Shown here one piece after another: positions 20,915 through 29,884 of a stretch of 64,000 nucleotides of DNA. The stretch lies in the NCBI GenBank assembly GCA_002427425.1, contig DIRA01000014.1:363540-427539 (forward strand), read 5' to 3'. This DNA is from Clostridiales bacterium UBA5448. Its GTDB lineage: Bacteria; Bacillota; Clostridia; Oscillospirales; SIG627. The first letter of the stretch is position 1, and each line of letters starts with the position of its first letter. Position numbers and translations under genes: made by a program. The notes below the pieces were generated by a model. The model was not told the DNA's origin and did not search any database. It worked only from the letters and a program-made list of their open reading frames with translations.

Positions 20915-21904
20915 ATGAAACGAGAAGAACTGTTATATATGGGACATCCCAGCCAAAAATATTATGCGGAAGAACATAGATTAAAAGGCGGCAAGGGAGA
21001 GGGCATGCGCCTGTTGGAAATACACAACGGAAAAGGAATGTTAATTACCCTGTGTCCTGACCGGTGTCTGGATATCACCCGACTGCATTTCAAAGGGGAT
21101 AATATGGGATATTTTTCCCCTTGCGGCTATGTGGCACCTCCCTATTATGATGATGCTGGTGTGGGATTTTTGCGGAGTTTTACGGGTGGGTTTTTAACCA
21201 CCTGCGGATTGCGGAATGCTGGAAATCCATCCGAGGATGACGGCGAAGCTTTGGGGCTTCACGGCAGAATCGGCAACACTCCCGCGGATGTTTGCTCCCA
21301 TTGGATAGAAGAACAAGCAGGCGAAGATGTAATCCGGATACAAGCCACGATGAGCGAAGCCAGAGTGGGCGGGGAAAAACTAACTTTACATCGCTCCATG
21401 GCAGTGTATACCCATCAAAATAAAATACGAATACAAGATACGGTGAAAAACGAAGGCACGGCGGTGGAATCGCTGATGCTGCTGTACCATTTCAATATGG
21501 GATATCCTCTTCTCACCGAACGTGCCATTTTGACCATTCCGGCAGAAAAGATTATCCCCCGAAATGAGCATGCAGCAACAGGGTTGCAGGATTGGATGAA
21601 AATGGAAAAACCCACCCGGGACTATGAAGAAATGTGTTTCTATCATACCGTAAAGAAAAACGAACGGGGGATGAGAGAAGTTTCTTTGTACAATCCGAAT
21701 TTGCATAAAGGGGTGAAGCTGTCTTTTGATTTACCTCGGTTTATGCAGTGGAAAATGATGGGGCAAAGAGAGTACGTTCTGGGTTTGGAACCCGGCAATT
21801 GTACCATTGATGGCAGAAAAAACGCCCGGGAAAAAGGGGAATTGGATCGATTGCCGGGCGGAGAGCAAATCACCTATACCATCGAAATAGAACTCTATGA
21901 ATAA
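20915..21904 (+). CDS. Aldose 1-epimerase family protein (DUF4432-like)
   Basis: FLTTCGLRNAGNPSEDDGEALGLHGRIGNTPA and LGLEPGNC motifs. Start at MKREELL, behind a GGGAG RBS. Confidence 0.7.
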   Translation: MKREELLYMGHPSQKYYAEEHRLKGGKGEGMRLLEIHNGKGMLITLCPDRCLDITRLHFKGDNMGYFSPCGYVAPPYYDDAGVGFLRSFTGGFLTTCGLRNAGNPSEDDGEALGLHGRIGNTPADVCSHWIEEQAGEDVIRIQATMSEARVGGEKLTLHRSMAVYTHQNKIRIQDTVKNEGTAVESLMLLYHFNMGYPLLTERAILTIPAEKIIPRNEHAATGLQDWMKMEKPTRDYEEMCFYHTVKKNERGMREVSLYNPNLHKGVKLSFDLPRFMQWKMMGQREYVLGLEPGNCTIDGRKNAREKGELDRLPGGEQITYTIEIELYE

Positions 21905-21918
21905 TATTCCAAAAAGAT

Positions 21919-21969
21919 GTTGACAAGTCAACATTTGTGTGATACAATCCAACTCGTTGACATGTCAAC
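21919..21969 (+). promoter_or_regulatory. marR promoter flanked by two identical-arm palindromic operators
   Basis: GTTGACAAGTCAAC (21919-21932) contains the -35 TTGACA. TACAAT lies at 21943-21948 after a 17-nt spacer. A second palindrome, GTTGACATGTCAAC, lies at 21956-21969. Confidence 0.6.
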
Positions 21970-21988
21970 AAGGTAGGAGGCATAAAAT

Positions 21989-22462
21989 ATGACGGAGAGA
22001 TTCGATATGTTTTCCGCCGCCATTGCCCAGATATCCAAGTGCATGCAAAAGCTGAAAACCAGAGAAATGCATCAATTCGGGCTGCGGGGAACCCACGCTA
22101 TGTGTTTGTATCATCTGCAGAAAAATGAATTAGGATTGACAGCCTCCCAATTGACCGATCTCTGCGATGTGGACAAAGGGGCCATTTCCCGCGCTGTGAC
22201 AGAGATGCAGCAGCTGGAAATTGTGACCTACCCCGAGGGAGACGGAAAACGAAAATACAGAGCGAAAATCAAATTAACGGACAAGGGGATTACTGTGACC
22301 GAAAAGCTCAACCGCAGCATTGGAGAGGCGGTGGAGAGGGCCGGAATCGGATTGACCTGGGAAGAACGGGAGAACTTTTATAAAGCTTTGAATATCATAT
22401 CCCAAAATATTCAAACGTTATGTTTAGATGAATGCATCTTGCAAAAAGGAGAATTATCATGA
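21989..22462 (+). CDS. MarR family transcriptional regulator
   Basis: 157 aa with a winged HTH (LTASQLTDLCDVDKGAISRAVTEMQQLEIV). Confidence 0.85.
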   Translation: MTERFDMFSAAIAQISKCMQKLKTREMHQFGLRGTHAMCLYHLQKNELGLTASQLTDLCDVDKGAISRAVTEMQQLEIVTYPEGDGKRKYRAKIKLTDKGITVTEKLNRSIGEAVERAGIGLTWEERENFYKALNIISQNIQTLCLDECILQKGELS

Positions 22463-24156
22463 AATATAATGCCAGATTTGTTTACAATGTGAGAAACGTT
22501 GTAACCATTCGCCAATTGCTTGAATCCAGCTTTGAACTGTTCCCAAACAACGCGGCATTTTTGTACCATGAACAATCCAATGTAGTAGAAAAAACCTATA
22601 AGGCAGTTTTGGCGGATGTAAAGGCCTTTTCCACCTATTTGAATCAAAAAGGGTTGGAAGGAAAAATCATTGCCGTCACCGGCAAAAATTGCTATGAATG
22701 GGCTCTGACTTATTTGGCGGTGGCTTGCGGGACCGGCATCATCATACCCGTGGACAAGGATTTGCGGGAGGATGAAATCGACTATCTGCTGCGGGATTCA
22801 GGCGCGGCTGCCATTGTATATTCCTCTGAAGTCGAGGAAAAGATTCTCAAAAATAAATCCGACTGCATCAAAATGTCCATGGACAACATGGGTGCTTATC
22901 TTGACGAAGGAAATGCGTTGCTCAAGCAGGGCGACTTGTCCTATTTGCACCATCGGATAGATCCATATGCGCTGGGAATACTGTTATACACATCGGGAAC
23001 CACCGGCGTGGCAAAAGGGGTCATGCTTTCCCAGAATAACATTTGTTCCAATATTGTCAACGTATGCCGCATGGTGCATGTGTCGTCGGAAGATCGGGTA
23101 TTGTCGGTGCTTCCGCTGCATCACACCTATGAATGCATGGCGGGATTTTTATCCATACTGTTTTTGGGCGGCAGTATTGCTTATAACCGCAGCTTGAAAA
23201 AATTGCAGGCGGATTTTCTTACCTTTCGTCCCACCATTTTCATCGCCGTTCCCCTAATTTTGGAAAGTCTGCGGAAGATGATTATTAAAAAATACTCCAA
23301 AATTTTTGGCGGAAATATGGTATTGAATGCCCAAAGAACGGTTTCCACCCTCGCCGGTCCCTTAATGAAGGCTAAAAAACTGGTGTTCAATTCGGTGAAC
23401 GCAGCATTTGGCGGGAGACTGCGGCTCATTTTATCCGGCGCGGCGCCATTGTCTCCGGAAACCTTCCGTGATTATGAACGATTCGGCATCAAGACATTGA
23501 TCGGGTACGGCTTGACGGAAACCTCCCCGGTGTGTATCATGCACAGCGATTTTTACAGAAGCGCCGATGACATCGGATATCCCATTGTGGGCGTACAGGC
23601 AAAAATCAGCGATCCCGGAGAAGACGGTGTGGGCGAATTGGCTGTAAAAGGCCCCAATGTCATGCTGGGATACTATAATAATCCGGAAGAAACCCAGAAA
23701 GTTATGAAGGACGGATGGTTTTATACCGGAGATTTGGCCAAACAAAAACAAAACGGTGCCTTTCAGATTACGGGGAGACTGAAGAGCATGATTGTGCTTC
23801 CCAGTGGAAAGAAGGTATTTCCCGAAGAATTTGAATATTATCTCATGCGTTATCCTTATGTGGGAGAATGCATGGTGTACGGTGTTGACGGCGAAAACGG
23901 CATCGAATTGACTGTGAGTATTTATCCCAATACGGAAGAAGTGGATAAACGATTGGTCAAGGACAATTTTGTGCCGGACAGCGCGGAATATAACTATGCC
24001 AAACGGAATCTGTTTGAAAACATTATCAGAGAAGTCAACGAAAAATTCCCCAAATACAAGCATATTCGCCGCGTGATTTTGCGGGATAAAGAGTTTGAGA
24101 AAACCACCACCCGCAAAATCAAAAGAACAGCCGCCGCCAACCTGAAACAGGATTAA
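22459..24156 (+). CDS. AMP-dependent synthetase/ligase (long-chain-fatty-acid--CoA ligase-like)
   Basis: ILLYTSGTTGVAKGVMLS AMP-binding motif, GYGLTETS, TGDL. The start overlaps the marR stop (ATGA). Confidence 0.88.
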   Translation: MKYNARFVYNVRNVVTIRQLLESSFELFPNNAAFLYHEQSNVVEKTYKAVLADVKAFSTYLNQKGLEGKIIAVTGKNCYEWALTYLAVACGTGIIIPVDKDLREDEIDYLLRDSGAAAIVYSSEVEEKILKNKSDCIKMSMDNMGAYLDEGNALLKQGDLSYLHHRIDPYALGILLYTSGTTGVAKGVMLSQNNICSNIVNVCRMVHVSSEDRVLSVLPLHHTYECMAGFLSILFLGGSIAYNRSLKKLQADFLTFRPTIFIAVPLILESLRKMIIKKYSKIFGGNMVLNAQRTVSTLAGPLMKAKKLVFNSVNAAFGGRLRLILSGAAPLSPETFRDYERFGIKTLIGYGLTETSPVCIMHSDFYRSADDIGYPIVGVQAKISDPGEDGVGELAVKGPNVMLGYYNNPEETQKVMKDGWFYTGDLAKQKQNGAFQITGRLKSMIVLPSGKKVFPEEFEYYLMRYPYVGECMVYGVDGENGIELTVSIYPNTEEVDKRLVKDNFVPDSAEYNYAKRNLFENIIREVNEKFPKYKHIRRVILRDKEFEKTTTRKIKRTAAANLKQD

Positions 24157-24166
24157 GGAGGCAATT

Positions 24167-24328
24167 ATGAAAAGAAGACGGATCAAGGTGTCGCAAAACA
24201 CCATCATTGCCGCCATGTTCGGTGTGGCATTTGTGAGTTTGATCGCAGTTTTAATGAATTATCATCGGATCATCAAGGCCTTGTTGCTCAACAAGGATGA
24301 GGATTTGACGGAAGATTGGGACTATTAA
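24167..24328 (+). CDS. Small membrane protein (53 aa); below the ORF-track length cutoff
   Basis: AAGGAGG at 24155-24161, ATG at 24167. MKRRRIKVSQNTIIAAMFGVAFVSLIAVLMNYHRIIKALLLNKDEDLTEDWDY has a basic N-terminus, one TM segment and an acidic tail. Confidence 0.45.
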   Translation: MKRRRIKVSQNTIIAAMFGVAFVSLIAVLMNYHRIIKALLLNKDEDLTEDWDY

Positions 24329-24356
24329 TTTATTTCTGTTTTTTCATCCATTCCCC

Positions 24357-24385
24357 TTGACACGGTTGATAAAATATGTTATAAG
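24357..24385 (+). promoter_or_regulatory. Promoter of the aro operon leader
   Basis: TTGACA (24357-24362), 17 nt, TATAAG (24380-24385). Confidence 0.55.
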
Positions 24386-24419
24386 TAGTGTAATCAGTTT
24401 CGAGAAAGGATGATTGACC

Positions 24420-24506
24420 ATGAAATCGATCGTTTCCATGGCAATTGGATACTTCTTTTATTGCTTTTACTTTACCTCTAAAGTAAAAGTGATTCGTGTT
24501 GCATAA
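24420..24506 (+). CDS. Candidate aromatic (Phe/Tyr-rich) leader peptide, 28 aa
   Basis: AAAGGA RBS 9 nt upstream. MKSIVSMAIGYFFYCFYFTSKVKVIRVA has 7 of 8 consecutive codons encoding Tyr or Phe. It lies between a promoter and an intrinsic terminator, directly upstream of aroF-tyrA-...-pheA. Confidence 0.5.
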   Translation: MKSIVSMAIGYFFYCFYFTSKVKVIRVA

Positions 24507-24562
24507 AAGCTTTCGATGAAACTGGGACGGGTGAAATAAACCTAAAACCGGAAGATTGAAGG

Positions 24563-24600
24563 GCCGCACAGAGTCACCTCTGTGTGGCTTTTGTTTTTTT
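24563..24600 (+). terminator. Intrinsic terminator (attenuator) in the aro leader
   Basis: GCCGCACAGAG-TCAC-CTCTGTGTGGC, an 11-bp stem with one G-U pair, followed by TTTTGTTTTTTT. It ends 14 nt before the aroF ATG. Confidence 0.8.
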
Positions 24601-24614
24601 AAGGAGTGTACAGT

Positions 24615-25616
24615 ATGATTGCTATTTTAAAGCAGGGAACAAGTGCAGAACAAAGAGATCATTTGTGTGAATGGTTTCGGAACATGGGACTGGATGTACA
24701 CATTTCCGAGGGGAAATATCACAGCATCATTGGATTGATCGGGGATACAAGCAAAGTGGATATCGGGCTTTTGGAGAGTTTGTCCATCATCCAATCGGTG
24801 AAACGGATCAGCGAACCCTTCAAAAACGCCAATCGTAAATTCCATACGGAAGATTCTGTCATGGATATTCTGGGAAACAAAATCGGCGGAGGACATTTTC
24901 AGATCATCGCCGGGCCCTGTTCCGTGGAATCCCGAGAACAGATTGTATCCGTTGCCAAAAGTGTGAAAGAAGCAGGGGCAACCATATTGCGGGGTGGCGC
25001 CTTCAAACCCCGCACTTCCCCATATGATTTTCAGGGGCTTCACGGAGAAGGCATTTCCTTGCTGTTGGATGCCAAGCGGGAAACAGGGATGCCTATCATC
25101 ACTGAGATTATGAATGCAAACGACTTGCCGTTGTTTGAAGATGTGGATATCATTCAGGTGGGCGCCCGGAATATGCAAAATTTTGACTTGCTCAAAGAAT
25201 TGGGGAAAACCCATAAGGTGATTCTTTTAAAACGAGGGCTGGCAAACACTTTAAAAGAACTTCTCATGAGCGCGGAATACATCATGGCAGGAGGAAATGA
25301 AACGGTCATACTCTGCGAACGGGGCATCCGTACCTTTGAAACCTATACCAGAAACACCCTGGATCTTTCCGCTGTCCCCCTGCTCCATGAATTGACCCAT
25401 CTTCCCGTGATCATCGACCCCAGCCATGCCACCGGATTGTCTCGCCTGGTGGAACCCATGGCATTGGCGGCTGCGGCGGCTGGGGCGGACGGTCTTATGA
25501 TCGAAGTGCACAACGATCCGGAACATGCCTTGTGTGACGGTGCCCAATCTCTAACCCCTGCCCAATTTGCAGCCGTGGTACAGAAAGTGAAGAAAATCCG
25601 GGAGGCTCTGTCATGA
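24615..25616 (+). CDS. aroF: 3-deoxy-7-phosphoheptulonate (DAHP) synthase, class I-beta, with an N-terminal regulatory domain
   Basis: AAGGAG RBS, ATG at 24615. About 75 aa of ferredoxin-like N-terminal domain, then IAGPCSVES, GAFKPRTSPYDFQG and IIDPSHA motifs. Confidence 0.9.
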   Translation: MIAILKQGTSAEQRDHLCEWFRNMGLDVHISEGKYHSIIGLIGDTSKVDIGLLESLSIIQSVKRISEPFKNANRKFHTEDSVMDILGNKIGGGHFQIIAGPCSVESREQIVSVAKSVKEAGATILRGGAFKPRTSPYDFQGLHGEGISLLLDAKRETGMPIITEIMNANDLPLFEDVDIIQVGARNMQNFDLLKELGKTHKVILLKRGLANTLKELLMSAEYIMAGGNETVILCERGIRTFETYTRNTLDLSAVPLLHELTHLPVIIDPSHATGLSRLVEPMALAAAAAGADGLMIEVHNDPEHALCDGAQSLTPAQFAAVVQKVKKIREALS

Positions 25617-26452
25617 TGACCATTGGCATTGCAGGTCTTGGTCTGATGGGTGGATCGCTGGCAAAAGCGTATCAAAGAAATCCGAAAATAACGGTATACG
25701 GCATGGATGCCAATGCTTCCATCACCGAATTTGCTAAACTCTCCGGTGTCATTGACAACGAATTGAACCGGGATACCATCGGGGAATGTGAGTGTGTGTT
25801 CATTGCCTTATATCCCAGGGCCGCCCGGGACTATCTGGAATCCATGGCACCCCATATCCCACCAAAAACGCTGGTCATGGATTGCTGCGGCACCAAACGG
25901 GAAATGTGCCAAATAGGCTTTCGTCTTGCCCGGGAATATGGATTCGAATTCGTGGGCGGACATCCCATGGCAGGAAACCATCATGCGGGCTTTCGGAGTA
26001 GCCGTGCCGACTTGTTTGAAAAGGCGTGTATGGTGGTTGTCCCCAAAACCTTTGATGATATTGTATTGTATGATCGCATCAAAAAGGTTTTGGAACCGGC
26101 GGGTTTCGGGAAAGTATCGGTGACCACAGCCGAAAAGCACGACGAATTGATTGCCTTTACCTCCCAGATGGCCCATGTGGTATCCAATGCGTTTATCAAA
26201 AGCCCTACCGCCGGCGAACATAAAGGGTTTTCTGCCGGAAGCTACAAGGATTTGACCCGTGTGGCATGGTTGAATCCGGACATGTGGACAGCCTTGTTTT
26301 TAGAAAACAAAGATAATTTGTTAAAGGAACTGGATATCTTTCTTCGGGAACTGCAAAAATATCGGGATGCCATTGTCGACGGGGATGAAAAAGAGCTTCA
26401 CCGTTTGCTGGAAGAAGGAAGCAGAAGAAAGGAAGAAGTGGACGGAGCATGA
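25613..26452 (+). CDS. tyrA: Prephenate dehydrogenase
   Basis: IGIAGLGLMGGSLAKA Rossmann motif, GGHPMAG motif. 279 aa, with overlapping start/stop codons. Confidence 0.88.
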   Translation: MMTIGIAGLGLMGGSLAKAYQRNPKITVYGMDANASITEFAKLSGVIDNELNRDTIGECECVFIALYPRAARDYLESMAPHIPPKTLVMDCCGTKREMCQIGFRLAREYGFEFVGGHPMAGNHHAGFRSSRADLFEKACMVVVPKTFDDIVLYDRIKKVLEPAGFGKVSVTTAEKHDELIAFTSQMAHVVSNAFIKSPTAGEHKGFSAGSYKDLTRVAWLNPDMWTALFLENKDNLLKELDIFLRELQKYRDAIVDGDEKELHRLLEEGSRRKEEVDGA

Positions 26453-27501
26453 AAAAGGTACACATCCGGACCCCAAGCAAACAGTATGATGTCTATATAG
26501 GAAGCAGTCTTTTGGAAAAAGCAGGAAGACTTTCTGCCAACATCATCGGCGTGGGAAAAGTGGCGATTGTGACCGACGACATCGTGGATCGGTTGTATGC
26601 TTCCCGCTTGCAGCAGGTATTGGAAAAAACAGGATATACTGTGGTAAAATTTGTGTTTTGTCACGGGGAGGCCTCAAAAAATGCCGCTACATATATACAG
26701 CTGTTACATTTTTTAGCTAAAAATCATTTGGTACGTACCGATGCCGTATTCGCTCTGGGCGGCGGTGTGGTGGGGGATATGGCAGGATTTGCGGCGGCGA
26801 CCTATTTGCGGGGTGTTCGCTTTGTGCAGCTACCCACCACCCTGCTGGCTGCGGTGGATTCCTCCGTGGGGGGGAAAACTGCCATTGATCTGGAGGGGGG
26901 CAAAAATCTGGCAGGGGCTTTTTATCAGCCGGATTTGGTACTGTGCGATTGTTCTTTGTTGGAAACGCTGGAACCCCGGCACATTTCCGACGGTCTTGCG
27001 GAAGTGATCAAATATGCCGTCGTTCGCGACGAGGGGCTTTTTACCAGGTTAAAAACCGTTGCAAAAAAAGAGTGGGCGCCCATCATTGCCCGCTGTGTGG
27101 AAATCAAAGGCGAGATTGTGGGAAAGGATGCAATGGATACGGGGGTACGGGAGCTGTTGAATTTCGGTCATACTTTCGGACATGCCATAGAAGCATCCGG
27201 CAGGTATACCCTTTCCCATGGCAGTGCGGTGGGCATTGGCATGGCCATCATCACCCGAGCCTGTGTCAAACAAGGACGTTGCGACCTGTCTTGTCAGCGG
27301 GAATTGGAAGATATGTTGACGCGCCATGGGCTTTCCACGCAAACCGATTTGTCTGAAGAGGTAATATTTCAAGCAGTTTTATCGGATAAAAAAAGAAAAC
27401 AAGACGGCATCACCCTCATCCTGCCCCGAAAAATCGGGCTGTGTGAAGGCGTGAAAGTATCTTTGGAAGAAGCAAAAGAATATTTGCACCTTGGACTATA
27501 A
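26449..27501 (+). CDS. aroB: 3-dehydroquinate synthase
   Basis: ALGGGVVGDMAGFAAATYLRGVRFVQLPTTLLA and LNFGHTFGHAIE motifs. Confidence 0.92.
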   Translation: MKKVHIRTPSKQYDVYIGSSLLEKAGRLSANIIGVGKVAIVTDDIVDRLYASRLQQVLEKTGYTVVKFVFCHGEASKNAATYIQLLHFLAKNHLVRTDAVFALGGGVVGDMAGFAAATYLRGVRFVQLPTTLLAAVDSSVGGKTAIDLEGGKNLAGAFYQPDLVLCDCSLLETLEPRHISDGLAEVIKYAVVRDEGLFTRLKTVAKKEWAPIIARCVEIKGEIVGKDAMDTGVRELLNFGHTFGHAIEASGRYTLSHGSAVGIGMAIITRACVKQGRCDLSCQRELEDMLTRHGLSTQTDLSEEVIFQAVLSDKKRKQDGITLILPRKIGLCEGVKVSLEEAKEYLHLGL

Positions 27502-27513
27502 AAGGGGAACGGT

Positions 27514-28785
27514 ATGCAGGTAACAATATATCCCTCCCGGTTGGAGGGTACCATGGAGGCCATTGCCTCCAAATCCCATATGCACAGATTGCTGGTGAGT
27601 GCTTCTTTGGCACGGGGAGAAACATGGATTCAGTGTAAAACAACCTCCGATGATATTGAAGCCACCCGGGATTGTCTGCAACAAATGGGGGCGGATATCC
27701 GCCGTACCGCGGATGGCTTTCATGTCATTCCACGTCAAGGAAAGGATAGCGTACCTGTCCGGGTCAACTGCAGGGAAAGCGGTTCTACCTACCGTTTTTT
27801 GTTACCTGTTGCCGGTGTTTTGGGGATGCAAACGGAGTTTATGTTGGCAGGCAGATTGCCCCAACGCCCTATGGAAGCCTTGTGGACAGAACTGGAGCAA
27901 AAAGGGATGGTTGTTTGTGGAAAAGGTACGCCTTTGGTTTCGGTCAGGGGACAACTGAGGGGCGGTGTGTATACCATGCCGGGGAATATATCATCCCAAT
28001 TCATCAGCGGACTGGTGATGGCACTGCCGCTGTTGGAGGAAGACAGCGAGATAATCATCACCGGTGATATCCAATCCAAAGGATATATTGCCGTTACGCT
28101 GGAAACGGTGAAGGGGTTTGGGATACAAGCCCATTGGGAAGGCGATCGGATGTACATTCCCGGCAAACAGACCTATATTTCTCCCGGTACGTTTAGGGCG
28201 GAAGGAGATTGGTCCAACGGTGCATTCATATTGTGTGGGGGTGCCCTGGGCGGGCGGGTTACATGCCGGGGATTGCAGCTTTCTTCCCCCCAGGGGGACA
28301 AAGCTATCTGTGAAATTTTGGGGCGGTTCGGGGCGGAAGTGACCCAAGAAACGGATGGTGTGACAGCAACGAAAAACGCCATGCAAGGCATTGACTTGGA
28401 CGGAGGTGATATTCCCGATTTGATTCCTGCCATCGCCGTGGTGGCAGCGGCGGCAGAAGGAAGAACCATTCTCCGTAACATCGGAAGGCTGAAATGGAAA
28501 GAAAGTGATCGGCTGCTTGCCATCGGTAAAACTTTGCAAACAGTAGGCGGACAGGTGGAGATTTTGGAGGATTCTTTGGTGATAGAGGGAAATGGCACCC
28601 TTCACGGCGGTACCATCCATTCCTTTGGGGATCATCGCATTGTGATGATGGGGGCGATCGCTTCCTTATTGTGTGAAAATTCTGTCATCATTCGGGATGC
28701 CCAGGCGGTACAAAAATCGTATCCCCGTTTTTTTGAAGATTTTCAAACTTTAGGAGCCAATATCCAAAAGGAGGAAGAAACATGA
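27514..28785 (+). CDS. aroA: 3-phosphoshikimate 1-carboxyvinyltransferase (EPSP synthase)
   Basis: ASKSHMHR, LRGGVYTMPGNISSQFISGL, DHRIVMM motifs. 423 aa. Confidence 0.92.
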   Translation: MQVTIYPSRLEGTMEAIASKSHMHRLLVSASLARGETWIQCKTTSDDIEATRDCLQQMGADIRRTADGFHVIPRQGKDSVPVRVNCRESGSTYRFLLPVAGVLGMQTEFMLAGRLPQRPMEALWTELEQKGMVVCGKGTPLVSVRGQLRGGVYTMPGNISSQFISGLVMALPLLEEDSEIIITGDIQSKGYIAVTLETVKGFGIQAHWEGDRMYIPGKQTYISPGTFRAEGDWSNGAFILCGGALGGRVTCRGLQLSSPQGDKAICEILGRFGAEVTQETDGVTATKNAMQGIDLDGGDIPDLIPAIAVVAAAAEGRTILRNIGRLKWKESDRLLAIGKTLQTVGGQVEILEDSLVIEGNGTLHGGTIHSFGDHRIVMMGAIASLLCENSVIIRDAQAVQKSYPRFFEDFQTLGANIQKEEET

Positions 28786-29873
28786 GTTCATGTTACGGAA
28801 AAAACATCCAAATATCCATATTCGGTCAATCCCATTCCCCTGCCATCGGTGTGGTCATAGACGGACTGCCGGCAGGATTTGCTCCGGATATGGAGAAGTT
28901 ATCCGCTTTTTTAGAAAGGCGAGCACCCGGAAGAAATGCTTTGTCCACCCCGCGTCAGGAAACAGACAAGGTGGAAATCGTGTCGGGCATGGCAGACGGC
29001 CGATTTTGCGGCGCGCCGTTCGCTGCTTTGATTTATAATCACAATGTTCATTCCTCCGATTATCATAACATAAAAGAAACCCCCAGACCCGGTCATGCAG
29101 ATTTTACCGCGTTTGTCAAATATCACGGAGCGCAGGATGTGGCGGGCGGCGGTCATTTTTCCGGTCGGCTCACGGCACCAATGTGTGTGGCAGGGGGTAT
29201 TTGTCTGCAGCTTCTGGAACAGGAAGGGATATATATCGGCGCTCACATTCAAAGCATCCATCAGGTGCCGGATATCCCCTTTGATCCGGTGAAGGTCTCA
29301 AAAGAGACGTTTTATTCCCTACGCACCCGCCTTTTGCCTGTCATGGACAGAAAAGCGGGAGAACACATGGAAAATCTCATCGAAAAGGTGCAACAAGAGG
29401 GAGATTCCGTAGGCGGCGTCATCGAATGTGCTGCCATCGGCTTGCCCGTGGGGTTGGGAGAACCGATTTTTGAAGGGATGGAAAACCGCCTTTCATCGGT
29501 CATATTCGGTATTCCCGGGGTGAAAGGCATTGAATTTGGCAATGGATTTGCTTGTTGTGATCGAATGGGTAGCGAAAACAACGATCCTTTTACCATGGAA
29601 GAAGGCCGCGTGAAAACCCGGACCAATCGCCACGGCGGGATATTGGGGGGGATCACATCGGGTATGCCATTGATTTTCCGTGTGGCGGTGAAACCCACTT
29701 CCTCCATATTCAAATCCCAAGAAACCGTATCATTGTCCCGATTGGAAAGTACCACGCTCCAAATACAGGGCAGGCATGATCCTTGCATCGTGCCGCGGGC
29801 GGTTCCCTGTATAGAAGCGGCGACAGCCATTGCCATCTATGATGCCTGGCTGGATTACAAAAAATATCAATAA
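28782..29873 (+). CDS. aroC: Chorismate synthase
   Basis: FGQSHSPAIGVVIDGLPAG, RPGHADF, GRHDPC motifs. Confidence 0.92.
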   Translation: MSSCYGKNIQISIFGQSHSPAIGVVIDGLPAGFAPDMEKLSAFLERRAPGRNALSTPRQETDKVEIVSGMADGRFCGAPFAALIYNHNVHSSDYHNIKETPRPGHADFTAFVKYHGAQDVAGGGHFSGRLTAPMCVAGGICLQLLEQEGIYIGAHIQSIHQVPDIPFDPVKVSKETFYSLRTRLLPVMDRKAGEHMENLIEKVQQEGDSVGGVIECAAIGLPVGLGEPIFEGMENRLSSVIFGIPGVKGIEFGNGFACCDRMGSENNDPFTMEEGRVKTRTNRHGGILGGITSGMPLIFRVAVKPTSSIFKSQETVSLSRLESTTLQIQGRHDPCIVPRAVPCIEAATAIAIYDAWLDYKKYQ

Positions 29874-29884
29874 GGAGAACAACG

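Noticed and set aside
24395-24524. T-box or other riboswitch as the explanation for the aro leader
   Set aside because: The closing helix has a GA/GA internal loop reminiscent of a K-turn. However, there is no GGGUGGNACCGCG T-box core and no GAA-codon-A specifier context. The genuine Trp T-box in the same window shows all of these. A novel ligand- or protein-binding RNA cannot be excluded and is mentioned in the finding.
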